Shown piece by piece: positions 38,491 to 51,524 of a stretch of DNA of 64,000 nt. Below the pieces are notes generated by a model, which saw only the letters and a list, made by a program, of their open reading frames with translations, was not told the origin of the DNA and did no database searches. The position numbers were made by a program, and so were the translations under genes. Each line of letters begins with the position of its first letter. Position 1 is the first letter of the stretch. This DNA comes from Haliotis cracherodii (taxonomy: Eukaryota), in contig NW_027266265.1 in the NCBI RefSeq assembly GCF_022045235.1, positions 2,480,001 to 2,544,000 of the forward strand, written 5' to 3'.

Positions 38491-39271
38491 GGAATGTGGA
38501 TTTACTTATTATAATTGTTATTATAATGTTTGGTTGTTTTTCCAATATCAACCGAAAAACCCTCTTTAAATGAGTATTATGAAAAGCAGAACGACATTTG
38601 ATATGCTATACATTTACTAAAACAGTGTAGACAGCATAATATGCTACAAAAATGTTTCAAGAGATTTTACCCACAGGACAAGGACTGATGGTGATGATAT
38701 AAGTAATGAGAACGTAAATGCATATATTCAAGAAACATAGATACAACTCACATGCACATATGGTCATCTGTCAATGTAACTACTATCAACAATAATCTGC
38801 AAGCTTTCATCTAAATAGTTGTATTTCCAGAGGCCTGGGATCATTATGATGGACACCGTCTACCACACTTCCAGTATTCTAGACAAGGACATCCGCCGAT
38901 GGAGCACACATTGTCTCTGATTGCACAGCCATATTTATACATGGTACTTAATTATGGTTTCGTGCGATCACTGTACACACCTGCCAAGCAAATGCGTTGA
39001 CGAATATGTATTACTGTCATTACTGGTCACAGAACACAGAAGATGTAGGAAAATATACGTTAGACCTCAACAAGGATGACACCAACAATTATCCCGTTGT
39101 CTGACATCAAGTTAACGTACATGTATCCTAGCAAAGAGACGTTGTTACTATCAACTTTCAAATTACAGATTTACCTTAAATATTCTCCACATACCCCATT
39201 ACCTCATCAAAGGTTCACATAGTTTGACATCTGATATTTTATGTATCTTTTCGCTTGTTTACGTGATACGT

Positions 39272-39515
39272 GGCCCGTGAAGATCCGGGTAGAATAGGTC
39301 TTCGGCAACACCTGCTTGTCGTAAGAGGCGACTAACGGGATCGGGTGGTCAGGCTCGTTGACTTGGTTGATGCATGTCATCGATCCCAATTACCTGGATC
39401 GATCCTCATGATATTAATCACTGGATTGTCTGGTCCAGATTCGATTATTCACAGACCACCGTCATATAGCTGGAATATTACTGAGTGCCGCGTTAAACAA
39501 GAAAACAAGACCAAA
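39272..39515 (+). mobile_element. SINE family C (non-tRNA head), full length
   Basis: Starts CCCGTGAAGATCCGGGTAGAATAGGTCTTC; TSD ACGT(G/A)ATACGT at 39261-39271 and 39516-39526. Confidence 0.9.
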
Positions 39516-39649
39516 ACGTAATACGTCGTATCGCAACAAACGCACATCGTGATTCTTATGAAAAATAACAAAATTATATGAAAATCAGACAATCTTAAAC
39601 CATATTACTCATGATTCCTCGCTGGTTCTAATTCATACGAAGTGCCTAA

Positions 39650-39950
39650 GAATAATGTGACGAAGAGGCATATTGCCAATGGGCATGAATACGTCCTATC
39701 TTGTGTACGTGCCAGGTAGGAACAGCCATGATCTGGAGACGTCAAGTGGAAGTGTAGAACTGTATATAACAGAATGGAGCAGAAAGCTACGCTCTTATAC
39801 GCTGATCAACCAACGCGGACACGAGATGGAAAGCATTAGCTTTAGGAGATAAATAGTCATTTGTTCTGGGCCCTCTTCAGCACCTGTACTGGTCAATGGC
39901 AAGGACGTGACCGGAATAAAAGTGATCCCCCAGGACATTTGGCCATGAAG
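39650..39950 (+). pseudogene. decayed reading frame, paralog 3 of the putative DEDDh exonuclease-like relic
   Basis: One frame with one internal stop: LPMGMNTSYLVYVPGRNSHDLETSSGSVELYITEWSRKLRSYTLINQRGHEMESISFRR*IVICSGPSSAPVLVNGKDV. Confidence 0.45.
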
Positions 39951-40709
39951 GCAGTCATATCAAACATATCATGTCACCATTCTAAAATGTCTCAATGAGG
40001 GCATTAGGTGTCAGTGGGCTGTAAACAACGCATACCGTAAGTGTGTGTAGTAGGGATCTGCACACCTTGACGCAAACAGATAACAAAATAGAATATGGGC
40101 ACCAAAAGAAATAGGTATAAAGACACGTGCATACACCGATACTTTTATTTGGGATTGTGTACAAATATTTGCTTAGTTAAAGTTAATCATAAATTAAGAC
40201 AATTCCTACATATGAATTTAATATTTGCCTCTGATATTGATGACAATCATTGACAGGAACATGTAATGGTACGTACATGACTGAAGTAGAGAGTAACCAT
40301 TCTAGCCAAACATTTTAGATACCTTTATCTACGTGTATAAGATAGCTACCGCGATAAATCGAAAAGAACAATGAAGTGCGAAGCGTGGTTTATTTCACAA
40401 TGAAAAGTTGTTCTAAGATGATTCATCAACGTGATGACGTCATATATTAGAAGACGATACGCTTTAAGGAAAAGTATCTAGTAAGTTGTTCCCCACAGAT
40501 GTAGCTGTGAAAGCGCACTGCGTCATCTCCATTCTGTCATGGCAACGTTTGAATATGGATGCGAACTCGGAGATGATTGATGTGGCATCAGTTGCGTCTC
40601 GTATGGTAATATGCTGCATGATGGACTTTGGGGATCAATGACAATCTGTTTTATTCCCCATATGTTTATTTTCACATACTCAAACCATACTTTTCCTCTT
40701 AACTGAGCT

Positions 40710-41160
40710 TCTCCGTGATAGTAGATAGAATGCCTGCCCGTAGAGCTAAAGATCGGGGTCGATTCCAGGTCGCGTCATACTAAAAGACATTACGCTATGG
40801 TACTTGTTGTTGACCTGTCTGGCGCCTGGCATTAACGGGATAAATCAAGAACTAGTTGGCTCTGATTATACTGTCTGAGTTTGGGAATCATCTTGAAAAC
40901 TGTTGCATGGTATCTCAGTGGGCTAGCACGATATAACCGGCATCGATCGGGATTAGTACGAGCAGCCACACACAAACAAACGCACACACACACACACACA
41001 CAAAATCACACAAAAAAACACATACAAATACACGTACGCACGCAAACACATGCACACACGCACGCACGCACGCACGCAAACACGAACACTTTCATGCACA
41101 TCGCTACATAAGTGAAATAGTCTTGAATGCGACTCAAAACCCAACTTCACGTCAACTCCC
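40710..41160 (+). mobile_element. SINE family D (Meta-like), near full length, diverged
   Basis: tRNA-like head (GGGTCGATTCC), CGCGTCATAC.AAAGAC..ATGGTACTTGTTG, expanded CA/CACG tract. Confidence 0.85.
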
Positions 41161-43612
41161 CACAACTTTCTGAAATATGAAACAATAAAATGTCCCCGGT
41201 AAAGCAAAATTATAACGGTTCTTTCATAAAGGAAAAAGGGTCCTTTGCAACTGTTTTTAACTGCATGATGTTCTTTATTCAACGGTGCCTTTGCGGTACA
41301 CCTGACTGCTCAGTACGCGTGTAGACCTGAGTTGATTTCACTGAATTTCGGTTGGTTTTTTTGGTCTAAATATATAACCACACGCGTTTATTGTATTCTT
41401 GCAGCAACAACTCGATATTTGTAAATACAATCATTGTTTCCAATTAAGCACATGTAGTATTTGAAATGGTTCCAGAGAAATACTTTTCTGTTCCGGTAAT
41501 GCTTCTTCAAGAAAGTCAAGGTATAACACGTGCGCACACGTCAGAATGTAGGATTCCATTTCATGGTGTAATCACAAACAATTTGCAACTGGTGAAAGTA
41601 TGTACGTGTATAATGTATTCTAGCTCGGAATGATAAAAAAATGACGCACTTCAAAACCATTGCCATAACTATTAATAGAAATGCGAAAAACCTTTCCATT
41701 ATCATACGAAATATCTGTTAAAAGAGGTCCAGTGGACCATAGCCATCATAATACTGCGTCTATATTTCACAAACAAATATTGTTGAAACCAGTTTTCGCG
41801 AATAGGTGATCGTATCCTTCCCCTGGTGGCACGCGTTATAAATACATGCAGAGGCAAGTCAAATATTCATATAAAAACCGGAAACTTACAGTACAAATCA
41901 AAACAGGGAATTGCATTGGACATAATCTTTGTCACTGTTGTGTCAGTGTCTACAATGAAACTTTTACAAGCCTTACCAAAGCCTTGAATGTGAGGCAAAC
42001 CCTCACTCATCACTATTGGAGTACTGGCCTAACCTGATATTCAGTCTAGGCCGCTGCTGAATACCAACAGTTACTCGTTGTTAACACACTCTGCAATTTG
42101 AGTTTGTCTGGCATGTCCACTGGGTGAACTGTTTCATGTTTGCTAATGTTAACGTATTGAACCTTAGGGACGCGCTGATAATCAAAACACACCACTCATG
42201 AAATTCGGCCATATGTATTCAATACTTTTAATCATGAATAAAAAAGCCAATTGAATATGATATGCAAGATAAGAAACATGATTATCTAACATATCTGGAG
42301 TACGATGAGTGCATCAGTAATTGACAAATGACTTGGTTTAGTCCTTTGAATGAGGACTTGTTTGATTTTAGCTTTGTGATCACGTCATGGAAGATTGGAA
42401 TAGTATCAGAAAAGTCTTTTGTTGTCCATTGTCGTTATTCATCAATTGAGTGAATACTGAGAGAGACCATATACCAAGACATCTTCCTTCGATAATAGTT
42501 ACATCAATGCTTTATCTTTAACACGACATAATAATCCTTTCATGTTGGATAGTGGACTCCCCATCTTGTTGTATGTCGTGATGTTTTTCTGACGAGGTAT
42601 ATCATGTGGCACCATATCAAGCACAATTCGAATGATCAGTGAGTGTATGAATGCCTTCTTGTTATGCAGTATATGGTCGCAGGCTCTGTTCCAATCATGG
42701 CTGATAGGTAAGGCTTGTTCATCTTAATCAGACAAGAGTGGTTTATTTGTTCAGCTCGTCGATGTATTTGTCATGATCATGTTTATTACTTTTAACTGTA
42801 TGTATATCACTACCAACTTATGTAGATGAAACAGATACATACTCTGGTGTCATTATGACAGGAAACTGGCATCAAATATACCTAATCATGGGATGTAAAA
42901 TACATGCATAGCGGAAACGTATTTCCTGTCACCTACGGTGTTTTCTACCATGAAGCGATTGATCAGTATAGGATGCGGCCATGATAGCTCTAATACAACA
43001 TGTTGGGTAGATCTTTATCGTATATCTTTCCTCCCATTATGGTTCGTGTGACGGTGTACTTCCCAAGTTGCTTTCCTGGAGACACATTCACCATATGGAA
43101 TCGAAATCGAGCTTTGATTGTTGTTTTGTTCCATGCAGAGATTTTTCGGGTAGAGAGAATGTATTGCCAACTTTAACAGATAAAAAACCCTTTAAAATCG
43201 CATCCTATGTGTCAAATACGGATCACACTGCATAAACAGTTCTGACGTCCAATGACAATGTGCATATAATACAATGACATCCACATTCAATTGACAGAGA
43301 AGCCGGAAGTGAATCAGATGGTGAATTTCATTCAATGTACCACCTTGATGTTGATACAACGATGTTATGGTATTTTAAATGTAGGATATATCGTTAATGG
43401 TAGCAGTAACATTCACTTGTAAAAACAATTGCAATCAGGTTGTGAAAATCGTGAAGACACTTTTGGCTTTGACACAATATCACGCCAGTGAAGAACTGGT
43501 TCAATTCTCATTGTAAATTGCACTGGAATTAATTGTGGGTCGTTCTTCAGAGAGAAATGACTACAAATTGCCCTATCAACATGGATATGTGAGGCCTCTT
43601 TCATATGATTGA

Positions 43613-43979
43613 GACCGCCTCCGTGGTCTAGTGGTAGAGCGTCCGCCCGGCGTCCGCCCGGAGAGCGGAAGGTCCGGGATTCCATCCCCGACCGCGTCAT
43701 ACCAAAGGACGTGAAAAGATGGTACTTGTTGTTACCCTGTCTGGCGCTCGGCATTAAGGGGCTAAAACAAGGACTGGTCTGCTCGGAGTCAGTATACTGT
43801 GTCTGACTGGGGTATATATGTTAAACTGCGGCATGGTAACTCCGTGAGCTAGCACTATAAATCGGCATCAGTCCGGACTAGAACAAGCAGCCACACACAC
43901 ACACACACATGCATGCACGTCTCCTTAAAGTGCAGTAACCTTGGACGCGACGTTAAACCACATTTCACCTCACCTCACC
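43613..43979 (+). mobile_element. SINE family D (tRNA head with Meta-like domain), full length
   Basis: A box GTGGTCTAGTGG, B-box-like GGATTCCATCC, GTCATACCAAAGGAC..ATGGTACTTGTTG..GGCGCTCGGCATTAAGG; 12-bp TSD TCATATGATTGA at 43601-43612 and 43980-43991. Confidence 0.92.
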
Positions 43980-44065
43980 TCATATGATTGAACCTTGACT
44001 AATTGTCAGAATCATTTTGTTTACTATGGTTGGTGAGGCGTCGCCTTTAATAATATTTCACTAAT

Positions 44066-44069
<4 letters not shown>

Positions 44070-44146
<77 letters not shown>
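44070..44146. repeat. perfect (GT)n microsatellite, ~38 units
   Basis: Read directly; abuts an inverted SINE D head fragment at 44160-44275. Confidence 0.98.
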
Positions 44147-44147
<1 letters not shown>

Positions 44148-44399
44148 TTTTATAGTGATAGCCCCCGGGAAACAACAAGTACGATATTTTTACGTCTTTT
44201 GGTAAGAAGCGGCCGGGCATCGAACCCCCGACCTTCAGGTCTCAGGGCAGACGCTTCTTTACCAAGGGGGTTCGATACATAATCGCATATCTTACATCAT
44301 AGCCTATTCAGGCGTGAAGAATTTTCTTTAAAATGTAGTTGGTACATGTTAGAAGTGCTTAATCGATTTGTACAAAACCTGTGATTAATATACTTGCTT

Positions 44400-45400
44400 C
44401 GTGCCTGAAAGTATTGATAAAGCGATAAGAGTAAAATCCAGAGTTGGGCGGTAAGGGATATAAAAACTAACCATGCCGACTTACATGTAGGAAAATATAA
44501 AGATTTCTGCACAGAACCAATTTGGAAATATTTACAATATTGATAAATCAGTTTCACTACATTTGGCGTTGTAAATGTCCCACCGTTCGTTCCATTACAG
44601 AAAGTTATGTCGGGAAATATTTCAGTAAGTGTCTGAATAAGACTATTCTTCATTTAATGTTCCATGTATGTCGATGAATGCTGAGCGTTGTTTATTGGCT
44701 GAATGCACAAACTAAAAACAAGGAAACAGAATTGGAAAAAAACCCATTCAGTCCCACCAAATGTTCTTATAAGTGGCATATCAAATAATGAGGCCAGTAT
44801 GCTAACCATGCAATCTCGGAAATGAACCATGTTCAATCATGTCAAAACATTTGAGTTTTCAACTTTGAACACTACTGCGTACAAAAGCACTACAAACTTA
44901 AGGGAAAACTTCATTCTTTGATTCATCCGGCAAATGTAACTAGTCGTGGTGACCACAGAAACATGTCTACCTTCAAAGGTTCAGGACACTTTGTCAAAAG
45001 TGAAGAGAAATGTCATTTGAAGTCTACTAAGAAAAAAGCTGGACGTCATCACGGTTGACGTCAATCCGCAATTTGAGAATAGGACATTTAGGCAAGAAGT
45101 AGGCGACCCTATGGGAACCAACTGTGTTCCCCTCCTTGTTGATCTGTTTCCTTCTGTATACGAGTAAGAATATCTTCAAAAATAGGCAACACCAAACCAA
45201 AGGAAATAGACCATAAGGTTTTTCTTAAGCTTCAGGAATACCAATGGTCTGATATCGCTCGAAAAAAGGTCAAATAGCCATTTCTTTTCCACTGATTTAC
45301 CCACCTCCACTCGATATAAAAGGGATCAGTGACTCCGCCCTATCTGTTTCATATCTGGGTCTATGCGTAAAGATTCAGAGTGACAAAAACTACCCACTTG
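44400..45400 (+). mobile_element. Penelope-like (Naiad-type) RT relic
   Basis: YWL.MHK, TKCSYK, VKTFEFSTLNTT, HFVK, FRQEVGDPMGTNCVPLLVDLFPSVYE, FRNTNGLISL (decayed FRYIDD), IYPPPLDIKG..SVSYLGL. Confidence 0.85.
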
Positions 45401-47089
45401 TCTTTTTCCGTTTGCTACACATGCACAATACCTTAGTCTCATGCCAAAAGGCGATCAGATGGCACTTGTTTTTTTACGCTGACGTTTGTGTTGACAATAA
45501 ACCGTCAAATTTTGATAATTAAGTTCTTATTTTGTATTTCAAGTTTCCATTCACATTTTAAAACTTTGGTGTTCTTAACACACATAATGCATTAATATAT
45601 GGTTACTTTGAACCCCCTTAACGATGTAGGACTAAACTAAAATAATTTCCTTTTTACCCCAATAATCGTAACGCCATCTGCGTAGAGCATACTATATTGA
45701 AAAGGCAGAACATTGTTACAGACTAATCTTGTGGAATAATCTAAGTCGTTAAGCTGTCCATTTGTTTCAAATTTTGACTAACATATTTGTGAAATGAGTA
45801 GTTATTGTGAATATGGATACTTCTGAACATCCACTGACCATCATTAATTCATCAAGATTACAGTGGCTTAACATAGACACATATGCACATACATGTTCTT
45901 AAGAAGTACATGTATTGTTGTACAATAGCATTGGGGATACCCTTGGAAACAACACTGGGTCTCTTTTTCAGTTGAGATTTTTCTCGCTCTTGAAATGCAA
46001 GTGGCATTGTGTTCTGCTGAGGTCGTCCTTGACCTAGTGATGTATCTTAATTGGTATTACTGTTCACTGAGATCGGAAGAGGCAAACTGCACAAGAGGTT
46101 ATTACTGATAGTTGGCTACACTGGTGAGAAAACACCTCATGCTGTCAATCGGTGACAAATATGTATCCAGGGTTTAGCAAACAAGTCATGTAATCCTTAC
46201 ACCCTTAAGTTAATGTGAAAGGTTAAGCTTGAATTCAAAAAAGAAATGTTACACTGTCATCGGGTTTTTCATGGGATGTACAGGTTATATATTATGAACA
46301 CATTTCAATACGCATGTTAGATCCTTACAGCAGCTGAGAAGATGGTGTCTGTTATGTTGCTGCCACTGTGGTGGATATACATGTTATAGATTCTATTACA
46401 CATATTACACATATACACATGGCATGTATATACCTGAAATATCTACAATGTCACACGGTATACACTGGTATCACTCAGCATGCACCATTACCCACACTCC
46501 TGACTTCAGTCAATTCAGAATAACGTTTAGCATTAATTTATCATACCACTTAATCAATCACTCATGTTTGCATCTTGCAATACTTTTCCGCTGATTGTTA
46601 GTATTCGTTAACACGGGTCTACGATTGTTTCGGATTTCGATATGGAAAGGTTCACGATGTTTTCAATTAATAGAGTGGAGGTTTTCATTGACAATTTGTA
46701 GCATAGGTGACCTGGTTAAGGGCTGATCGCCAGTTACACTTCTTTATTAGACCCTAAGTAGCAATCCGTCCATTATACAGATGTTCCTTATCCACGATAT
46801 GTTTCCGTGCCCTAACGATTTACGATTTTTTGTAAATTATATCACTGTGTTTTGTCGTGATGCAGTTGTGTTACTTTTATTACGCCATGACACAATATCT
46901 GCTGAGGAAGTATTCTTCAAGAACTTTGACAGCCTACCGATTCTCTGGTAAAATAAAGTATGCCTCGGGCCAATATGATGGACCATGAATCTAAGGCTAA
47001 GAATACCAAGGCTAATATGAAAACACCAACAAAATAACATATAAACGTTGCACTGCCTCTTGGGGCGGTTAATATGAGTCTGTTTACTC

Positions 47090-47580
47090 ATGATCACTAA
47101 CTCGAGGTTTAAATTCCGTGGTTTATAAGTATTCTACCCTGACATTTCAGAATCCTGCTTTCTTATTCATCCACCAGAGGTATCTGAATCCACGTCAGAC
47201 AATGATTTTGCTGATTTACATCATTTTGCTTGTTTTCAGATATGTATATTTAACGTTGCTAAGTAGCGTGTTACGGTTTTGCAGCAAGTGTGGCAATATA
47301 TTTAGGAACACTTGACGAAAACATTTCAGCCTTTAGTGTCTACGTTCCACATTGTACAACTTTCGAGGTATAATCGAGCACTGTCTTTCGACGAAGACTT
47401 CCAAGAGTGTCATGCGACTATTGTGCAAAGTTTGTTTGATGAGGGTTACAACTTTCAAGGTTTCAGTTTAGCTTTGAAACATTATTATGATGGACATGAG
47501 ATTTGTTCACGTGAACACTTGGTAGCTAGCCTTTGAATGTGTGTGTGATGGATCACCTTTCCTCGAACACCTTGTTTTTT
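47090..47580 (+). mobile_element. Penelope-like RT C-terminus followed by a decayed 3'-end motif
   Basis: LTFQNPAF/IHPPEV, VQLSRYNRALSFDEDFQE..IVQSLFDEGY..LKHYYDGH (like SQLIRYARACS..DF..L..QGY..KFY..H), then GCCTTTGAATGTGTGTGTGA..TCACCTTTCCTCGAACACCT. Confidence 0.7.
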
Positions 47581-49780
47581 ATTACTAATTGAGGTTGGCA
47601 ATATACAGGGAAAATAGATTTTGATGACTATGTAATTCTACAACAATCGGTGAGGAATTTCTACATCTGTTTAGGTGCGATGCCCCTTAGCCGTAACGAC
47701 TTCTCTATAGTCCAGTTAAATGTCACGAATGGCCAAATATTTCAACTTTTGCCAGGAAATGACTCCATCAAATGAATCAGCAATTCAACATCTGTCAAAA
47801 TTTTGTACTGACCTATGAAATGCATTTCGCAAAAACACCTGATGATACTAGTATCCCCTCTGTAAACAGACAGGTATAATATGATAATTATATGTCAAAC
47901 AATATAACTTATGTATAAGCCGTCTTGTAATTTATGCTCGTGTACCACCGATGGTGGATGTTTCTGACAATATACAGAAACCAGAAACCAGATAATGAAA
48001 CATAAACACATACTTATGATATAATTGGAATCGCACATAATATGGAAAGGGTATTGTCATTTATATTTACGAAAAATGTGTCCTCCAATTGTGGTCACAA
48101 ATTCCCAACTCTGTCCCTTTTTTTGTCAAATAGTCTGAAATATGATATTCAATCACGGCAGTGGATATGTCCGAACAACAGTTACTCATTGTTCAGACGC
48201 TCAGAAATTGCTACTGATAACCCATTCCACCTTTGGGACGCACCGGTATACACACCATATCACACCTGAACTTCGGCCACATTGATTCAATAATTTCAAT
48301 TACAATTTGAAAACTATACCCTAAAGATAGAGAGAGGCTGTTAGTGAGGGATAAGTGATGTCGTAATAACAGACTGTTCGCTGTGGGAATAACGACACGT
48401 TCTGATCTTGCCACAGGTGAGAACAGCGAATATCGGTGGTGCAGATGCCATCAACACATTCGCGTTTTGACAAAATTGCCTATCAATATTTAACAATGGT
48501 GGTGCTGTTTATTTTAAAGTTCATCTTTCCAACACATAACAAATGGACAACTATATTGATGTACTCTGTGCTATCAGGTGTATAAAAAGAAATACAAACG
48601 TAAGCGTCAGAGCAGGAAGCCGAGTATTTTGTCGTGGCTCATAGAGATTAAAAAAAACATTTGTTTTACGTTTTTTTGTATAGCCAACAACACGAAAATC
48701 TATTTTTAGCCCATATACTCTGACAGTTTAATTTCCAAAATGTCATTTTTCTCGCTGTCGTATTCCAACTTAATGAATCTTTCTTCAAACGGCAAAGGCT
48801 TGAATGTTGACTATGGATCTCATATTTCAGCGTTTCAACTGTTGTTACCGAAGATAATAAGCACAAAACCTTACGTGCAGCTGCATATTTCTGATTTTAG
48901 TATGTATGTATGGGCATGTGTGTATGTGTGTGCGTGTATGTGTGTGCGTGTTTGTGTGTGTGTGCGTCCGTGTGTGCATATGGGGGCTGCTAGGTAGGTA
49001 TATGTGCGATTTACAAATTATAAATTTGTTAGAAATAAATCATGTATGTGTTCAATGTTTAACGTTTGACACTACTTGAGTACAGTGAAATATATAGCAT
49101 CAATGAAGAAACCTTATGTAGTTTGAAATTCAACCCTGAATAAGTTCTATAAAAATAACGGTTATTCTCGATAATGTTTTATATATTGAATTTGAGATGT
49201 CCGACTGTCAAGATTGTCAAAGCAAATGTGCTCCTATGAAAAATGAAATTAACGTCCTTGACAGAGCCAATTAGTGCCCCCAAGAAGTGTTTAAGTACGC
49301 ACCAGAATTGTGTACGAGGTTTTATAGCCATCCATGATTTGAACATGAACGTGACTGTTGTCCAAGCCCCTTGTGTAGTGGTAAAACCAAAATGTTTACT
49401 TCTTCCGAGTACAATCCCTCACAGCGACGTTTCATCACTCACCTGCGGCAGTGGTTGCCAATCTTCTTGATTACTTGAGTAAGGTGATGTAGTTTCTTGT
49501 AGATGCCACAACCATATTTAATGTCGCCTTGACATTTCTACCACAAAGCAACTAGAACATGTTATGGACCGGAATTACAAAACATTTCATCAATCAATCA
49601 AAGTCATGCTTTAGTTAAAATATTGTGTTTGTAATACGGTCATCGGCCAATATAAACGTAAATAAGAGCGACGAAACCCTTTTCATTTTCATCAGAAGCC
49701 CTGGTAAGAGCGGAGTCCATTGTATGATTTCAACACTTTACTGTCTCAAACGCATCTGTTTAAGTATCCAGGTGCGAAAC

Positions 49781-50285
49781 GTGATATAACTGAAATACTC
49801 CCACATCAAGCTGACACGCCGTGATATAACTAAACTACTCCTAAATGAAGATGAGACGCTGTGATAGAACTGAATTAATTCAACACCAAGATGATACACC
49901 GTGATATAATTGAAACACTCCCAAATCAAGCTTAAACAACCTGATATGACAAATATACTGACACCCGAAGCTTTTACGCTGTTATATAACTGAAATACTG
50001 GCACGTCAAGCTCACAAGCCGTGATGTAACTGAAATACTCCCACATCAAGCTAAGACGCCGTGATATAAAATATTCCCAGATAAAGCGGAAAAAACTTTG
50101 ATATAACTGAAATACTTCCACATCAAGTTGATACGCCGTGATAGAACAGAAACTCTCCAAAATCAAGCTTACACGCCGTGAAGTAACTACAATATTCCCA
50201 CATCAAACTGACACGCTGTGATATAACTGAAATACTCTCACAACAAGCTGTCACGCCGTGATGTAATTTAACTACTGCTCAAAGC
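49781..50285 (+). repeat. 40-bp minisatellite (~12.5 units) derived from a SINE B segment
   Basis: Consensus GTGATATAACTGAAATACTCCCACATCAAGCTGACACGCC at a 40-bp phase (one unit of 37 bp). Confidence 0.92.
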
Positions 50286-51524
50286 ATCCTGTCATACATG
50301 TCATATATCTTGGTATGAAACTGTTGTGATCAATACAATAATTATTGACACTGACAATGTTATCTACTTAAACATATCACGATAGTGTGCATGTCAGAAG
50401 AACAGGAGCCATGTTAATTCTTTCAGAGACGGAATGTATGAAAGGAGATATCTTTTGAGTGTAGAAGGTGCAGCCATCCCAAACTTCTCAAGAGTTAATG
50501 ATAAATTGTCTTGTACCCAGAACGGCCCATGAGCAAAAGTACTATTATCTTAGAGAGATGCCTGCAACGAGAATGTTACAGTTGGTAAATATAATGAGTT
50601 ATTTCCTTAACATCAACCGTTGTACATGTTTTGCCTGCAACCAGTTATGACAATGACCTTCACACAGGACATATTGTTTCTGGATTGAACCTCGTATAGC
50701 AGATGCGTTGGAAGGTCAAAGCAACACTGATGAAAGAAACACAAACACTTATTACTATATAACAACGTCTTTACTACCTCTAATTGAGGCCACGGGTATA
50801 GACGTGGCTACCGGTTTTAGTCAACGACCTGTTAATGACTGTATCGTTTACATTCCTGTTTTGTATCCTCGCAACTTCTTTAGAACGTGTTTCCAATGCA
50901 ACTTTTTTCGTTTTTTGTTGTTGGTATTTAGCTATTATTCTGGTTATTATGCCTCCAGGTTAAATTATGAAAATACTCGAGTTTAACGTTTCAGTCTCAG
51001 AGAAGTCGCAAACCTATACAGAAATTTCACGCATTCGTCCAAACGAGGAAGCAACTTTCCTGCTCAAGATTGTCAAATGCCAGGAACGAAAAAAAGTTTT
51101 TTTTTAAAGAAATTTGCGGTTAGTTCAATATTCCAGCCAGTTTGAGAGTTTATTCCTGTGGGCATCTATATATAATTAGTTGGTACTTCTTTTAGGTCCA
51201 GATGAATTCTTTCTATTGCTCTCGGCTCTTTGTACTTAACGTTAATGCATATTGTGTGCGCCATCCAGTCATGTTAGGTTGCCCGGCGATTGCCGAGGTA
51301 AAGGATGGTTTGTAATGATTCCTCTCTTATAGTGCGAGTAAGTTATATTTATTCACATGTCTTTCACATGCAGAACCCATCTCTTCTGCTCTTTAACATT
51401 ACATGTTTTTACATTTCACATTTTAATGCTTCAAACTAATAAACACATTCACAAAATTTTAACTCTTTAACTTCAAGAAAGGACAAACAACTGCGTTTGG
51501 GAATAGGTCAATAGTTAATTGACA

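Noticed and set aside
44064-44282. Cys/Val or His/Thr repeat ORFs (also 40881-41282, 48740-48997)
   Set aside because: Translations of (GT)n/(CA)n microsatellites.
49738-50166. 142-aa minus-strand ORF or CRISPR-like 40-bp array
   Set aside because: Substitutions are spread over homologous units with no spacer region; a 40-bp period shifts frame; the unit derives from a SINE.
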